Assembly: GCA_965216295.1 (NCBI GenBank)
Contig: OZ244141.1
Span: 225,819 to 289,818 of the forward strand
Length of the DNA stretch: 64,000 nucleotides
Origin: Minisyncoccota bacterium
GTDB lineage: Bacteria; Patescibacteriota; Minisyncoccia; Phycocordibacterales; JABAAK01
Direction of reading: 5' to 3'
A program made the position numbers and the translations under genes. Each line of letters opens with the position of its first letter. Position 1 is the stretch's first letter. The notes under the pieces were generated by a model. It did not search any database and was not told the origin of the DNA. It saw only the letters and a list, made by a program, of their open reading frames with translations. This document shows positions 60,452 through 64,000 of this stretch, in pieces.

Positions 60452-62358
60452 GTTACGAAAATAACAGGAATGACGATAGGGCGTTTGGTCGTTTCTGCCA
60501 TCAAAAAGTTTTGTGTGGTACGCATGAGGGTCTTTTTAATTTGTTCAATATTGATTGGGTGAGAGTGTTTAATTTCATCTTCCACTGTCTTTTTAATCAA
60601 TATACGGGCTCGCCCAATGAGATCTTGAGATTCTCGTAGATAAATGAACCCACGAGATATAATATCTGGTGACTTTTTCACCTTTCTTGTTCGTTGATTG
60701 ACCATAACGATAGTGACAAAAATACCGTCTTGTGCTAGTACTTTGCGGTCTCGTATAACAATATCTTGCAAAACACCAACAGCGTTCCCGTCAACAATAG
60801 TGAGTTCTGTTGGCATACTTTGCTTTTGAACCTTCATTGTTGTGCCATCGGCACTAATATCGATAATATGACCGTTATCAGGGAGGACAATATTCTCTTC
60901 AGGCATACCAAGTTCTTTAAGAATATGCGCATGCGCTGTTAACATGTAGTGGTATCCATGTATAGGAATAAAGAATTTTGCATTAATATGTGAGTGAATC
61001 CAACGAAGTTCTTCACGGTTTGCATGACCACTAGAGTGAACATCACTAGTTTGGTAGGTAACCATGTCTGCTCCTTGTCGTGAGAGACGATCTTTCATAT
61101 CCTGCACCAATCGTTCATTTCCAGGAATAACTGATGAAGAAAACACAATAGTATCATTTTTATCAATTTTTAATAACCGGTGAGTTCCTGTTGATGCTCT
61201 ATTGAGTGCTGAGTATTCTTGTCCTTGTGCACCAGTAACAATTGCAACAATTTTGTTCTTTGATACATCAGCCATCTTTTCAATAGGAATGATAGATGCC
61301 ATAGGTACTTTTAAGAGACCCATCTCAGATGCGATGGTGAGGTTGGTAAGCATGCTTCGTCCTTGAACAACAACCTTACGACCATCAGCAATAGCGTCTT
61401 CAATAACACTGATTATTCTTTCAAGCTGTGACGCAAACGATGCAAGAATGATACGCCCATTTGTTTCGTCAATAATCTTTTTTATTGTTTTAATGACAAG
61501 TGCTTCAGAGATAGAGAAACCAGGCCGTTCTGCATTTGTGGAGTCAGCCATAGTGAGAAGTATCTTTCTATCTTTGAACAGTGAAAACTCTTTTTCTTCT
61601 TCAGAATCAACAACACCATTTTCGTGAGTTAGTTTTAAATCTCCAGTAAAGACAACATCTCCAAGGGGTGTTTCAGCAGAAATACCCATAGAGTCAGGAA
61701 TGGTGTGAGTAACCGCAAAGAAGCGCAGTGTGAAACTATCACAAAGCTTTATAACCGATCCTTTTTCAACCTCATGGTATCGCAAGGCATCTTTTGAAGA
61801 AAATTCTTCCTGACGTTTTCTGATAAACTCCATCGTCAATGCACGAGTGTAGATGGTGGGGTAACCAAGTCGTTCTGCAACGATAGCAATACCACCAATG
61901 TGATCTAGGTGTCCATGGGTAATCACTATTCCCTTTATCTTCTCCTTTCGTTCTTCAAGATATTGTATGTTTGGCACAATGTATTCAACACCTGGCATAT
62001 CGCTTTGTGCAAAGGCAAGACCACAGTCAAAAATGAGTATTTCATCTTCATACTCAATGGCATACATGTTTTTCCCTATCTCTGAAACACCGCCAAATAT
62101 GAGAACTCGCAATTCACCTTTCTTCTGTCTTGGAATAGAAAGAGTGCTGATAGGGGTCTGTTGCGTTGTTAATTCACGAGAACCAACGGGTGCTCCTTGT
62201 TTGCGAGGAGGTTTGATATACAAACCACGAGGGACACGCGGCTTTCCTGAATCCAAATCTTTTTTTCTTGGTGAAGAAGATCGGGTTGTTTTTCGTGGAG
62301 ACGTTCGTTCGTTCGTCTCTCTTTTTTGTTTCTGAGAATCATTATCTCTTTTTTCCAT
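60448..62358 (-). CDS. rnj: Ribonuclease J (metallo-beta-lactamase / beta-CASP) with a basic N-terminal extension.
   Basis: The His motif VITHGHLDHIGG, beta-CASP motifs and a C-terminal domain are present. The track start at 62397 is TTG and would overlap the upstream gene, so the ATG at 62358 is preferred. The N-terminal ~80 aa are K/R/S/T-rich. Confidence 0.8.
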   Translation of the reverse strand: MEKRDNDSQKQKRETNERTSPRKTTRSSSPRKKDLDSGKPRVPRGLYIKPPRKQGAPVGSRELTTQQTPISTLSIPRQKKGELRVLIFGGVSEIGKNMYAIEYEDEILIFDCGLAFAQSDMPGVEYIVPNIQYLEERKEKIKGIVITHGHLDHIGGIAIVAERLGYPTIYTRALTMEFIRKRQEEFSSKDALRYHEVEKGSVIKLCDSFTLRFFAVTHTIPDSMGISAETPLGDVVFTGDLKLTHENGVVDSEEEKEFSLFKDRKILLTMADSTNAERPGFSISEALVIKTIKKIIDETNGRIILASFASQLERIISVIEDAIADGRKVVVQGRSMLTNLTIASEMGLLKVPMASIIPIEKMADVSKNKIVAIVTGAQGQEYSALNRASTGTHRLLKIDKNDTIVFSSSVIPGNERLVQDMKDRLSRQGADMVTYQTSDVHSSGHANREELRWIHSHINAKFFIPIHGYHYMLTAHAHILKELGMPEENIVLPDNGHIIDISADGTTMKVQKQSMPTELTIVDGNAVGVLQDIVIRDRKVLAQDGIFVTIVMVNQRTRKVKKSPDIISRGFIYLRESQDLIGRARILIKKTVEDEIKHSHPINIEQIKKTLMRTTQNFLMAETTKRPIVIPVIFVT

Positions 62359-62372
62359 GTGTGTCGTTGTTG

Positions 62373-64000
62373 TTATTCGTTTATAAAAATATTCCAAACA
62401 TTTTCGGTATGTATATACCAGGTATGCACATCCGTAAATCTATCACTCGCTTGCACTACTGTTTTTTTCGGAGTATCACTCACTCTCTCAACACCATTGA
62501 TACCAAACGGTAGTAGGTATACTAAATCAGGTGAAAAGAGGAAAATAGCTGGAGCAAGTCGAACCATTTCTTCCTTGATTTCATTATATATCATTTTTTC
62601 TGTTTTGGTGTCAATGGAGGCACGGAGTTCTTCCAAGAGAGTATTAATGCGTTCATTACCAAAGTGGGCAAGAGCGGCAAGACTTTCAGGGGATGCCGAA
62701 TGCCAAAAATCATACAACGCTTTCGGAGTCGGGGCATTGTATCCGTAGAAGAAGGCATCAAAGTTGCCACCCTTTATTGCTGGAACAATTTCATCAAGTG
62801 GTACTTCCGTTATCGTGGTAGTGATACCAAGATTGCTCCAATCGTTCGTGATGACCTCTGCTACTCGCTGAAATTCTTTGAGATCTGGGATAAGGAGGGT
62901 GAGTTCAAACGGCACATCATCTTTTGTGCGGACCTGTTTCACTGAATCAAATTTCCAACCAATAGTATCAAGCGTGTTAGAGATTTCTTCAAGATTTGCT
63001 AATTGATCATCCTTTGTTTCATCTCCAGGCCACGGGTTTTCAATAGCGCGGGCAAACCCAGCAAAAACACCGTTGATAATTCTCTCTCTATCAACACGTT
63101 CAATCAAAATGCTCCGCAAAAATGGATTATTCAATAGTTTCCCATCTTCTACGTTAAAAGTAATATTAAATAGACGATGGGTGTTCAGACTAAAAACACT
63201 ATGTGGTGTTTCTGATATAAGAAGGAGATCAGTTAACTCAGGGGTTGATGGTCCAGTGATTGCGTTGATGGTGTTTGTATTAAATGCTCCAAGGAGTTTT
63301 GAGACATCATCAAAGAAGTGGAAGACATAGTGAGTAATGAATGGTCCACCAAGTACATAGTCAGGGAAACGTTTCAATCGCAAAGCAATAGGTCGATTAT
63401 CAAGTGTTTGTTCTAATCCATCATATTGAAAGGGGCCTGCACCAATGAAGGCACCTGAGCCACGATAGAGGTTTGTTTCTCCATGAGGTACTTTTTTCCA
63501 GGTTTGGTATGGGAGAACACCAACGGTAAATGCATATGGAAATTCTCGACGGAGTTCAGGAAGGATGACTTGAATATCGTTACCAGAAACCTGTACCGTT
63601 ACATCTTTCCATATAGGGGCAAGAGGGCTTTCTGTTTCTGGATGTTGAATGCGTTCAATGGTTTGAAAAAAATCATCGCCAGTCACGGGTGTTCCATCAT
63701 GGAATAAAGCGTTAGGGTGGAGTGAAAAAAAGTAAGAGAGACCATCATCACTGACTCGCCATTCTGTAGCAAGGTTACCTGAAAAGGTGCCATCGTTGTT
63801 TGGTTTTAAAAGTCCAGCATAGAGAAGGGTTGTGACATCTTGATCCAGTGTGCTTGTTGCCAAGAGTGGATTAAAGGTGGTTGGAATACCAACTACTCCT
63901 TCATGTATTGAACCAGTTGATATTGGTATAGCAACAGAGAGTTTTTCATTTATTTGTGCTAAGACAAAAAAGAAAGATGCAATGAGTGAGAAAGCAAGGA
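62373..64000 (-). CDS. ABC transporter substrate-binding protein, family 5 (OppA/DppA-like). The 5' end continues beyond the window.
   Basis: SBP_bac_5-like blocks are present (TLLYAGLLKPNNDGTFSGNLATEWRVSDDGLSYFFSLHPNALFHDGTPVTGDDF). The reading frame stays open to coordinate 64000, and a signal-peptide-like sequence is encoded at 63900-64000. Confidence 0.7.
   Translation of the reverse strand, partial: LAFSLIASFFFVLAQINEKLSVAIPISTGSIHEGVVGIPTTFNPLLATSTLDQDVTTLLYAGLLKPNNDGTFSGNLATEWRVSDDGLSYFFSLHPNALFHDGTPVTGDDFFQTIERIQHPETESPLAPIWKDVTVQVSGNDIQVILPELRREFPYAFTVGVLPYQTWKKVPHGETNLYRGSGAFIGAGPFQYDGLEQTLDNRPIALRLKRFPDYVLGGPFITHYVFHFFDDVSKLLGAFNTNTINAITGPSTPELTDLLLISETPHSVFSLNTHRLFNITFNVEDGKLLNNPFLRSILIERVDRERIINGVFAGFARAIENPWPGDETKDDQLANLEEISNTLDTIGWKFDSVKQVRTKDDVPFELTLLIPDLKEFQRVAEVITNDWSNLGITTTITEVPLDEIVPAIKGGNFDAFFYGYNAPTPKALYDFWHSASPESLAALAHFGNERINTLLEELRASIDTKTEKMIYNEIKEEMVRLAPAIFLFSPDLVYLLPFGINGVERVSDTPKKTVVQASDRFTDVHTWYIHTENVWNIFINE

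Overview
This 64-kb window looks like a stretch of a small, low-GC bacterial genome with short intergenic regions, many hairpin terminators, weak or absent Shine-Dalgarno sequences and frequent GTG/TTG starts. By inference this is a Patescibacteria/CPR-like monoderm.

The core content is: aspS (short form), uppP, a DEAD-box helicase, ligA, gatC-gatA, prfB, ftsE-ftsX, a MutY-like glycosylase, RNase J, and the 3' end of an OppA-like binding protein. There is a 23S-5S rRNA operon with no linked 16S, and seven tRNAs (Ser-GCT, Asp-GTC, Thr-GGT, two CAT tRNAs, Thr-CGT, Gln-TTG).

Three accessory regions stand out.

(i) Coordinates 1-2400 hold a tandemly duplicated module of small secreted Cys-rich proteins, each with its own RBS and terminator, plus a visible deletion scar.

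(ii) Coordinates ~18.1-32.6 kb form an AT-rich defence island. It carries a Type III R-M system (Mod+Res), an RloC/PrrC-like Walker-ATPase with a C-terminal anticodon-nuclease-like motif, an XRE-HTH/ImmA-IrrE metallopeptidase with an overlapping PIN (DUF4411-like) gene, and several uncharacterised nuclease-fold proteins (DUF2726-like, PIN-like, NERD-like) that have no named system. These are the best candidates for something new. The island also contains an orphan AapJ-like solute-binding protein and sits next to tRNA-Ser.

(iii) Coordinates ~33.4-51 kb hold a large type IV pilus locus: pilM-N-O, pilB, an inserted CaCA antiporter, pilT, pilC, four tandem major-pilin paralogues (two sharing an identical 5' end), minor pilins, a 703-aa pilin-fold protein with propeller-like repeats (candidate tip adhesin), pilD, a Cas4-like/DUF2779 nuclease and two more pseudopilins. 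comF lies just upstream.

No CRISPR array, integrase or transposase was seen. All calls are from reading the sequence; no database searches were run.
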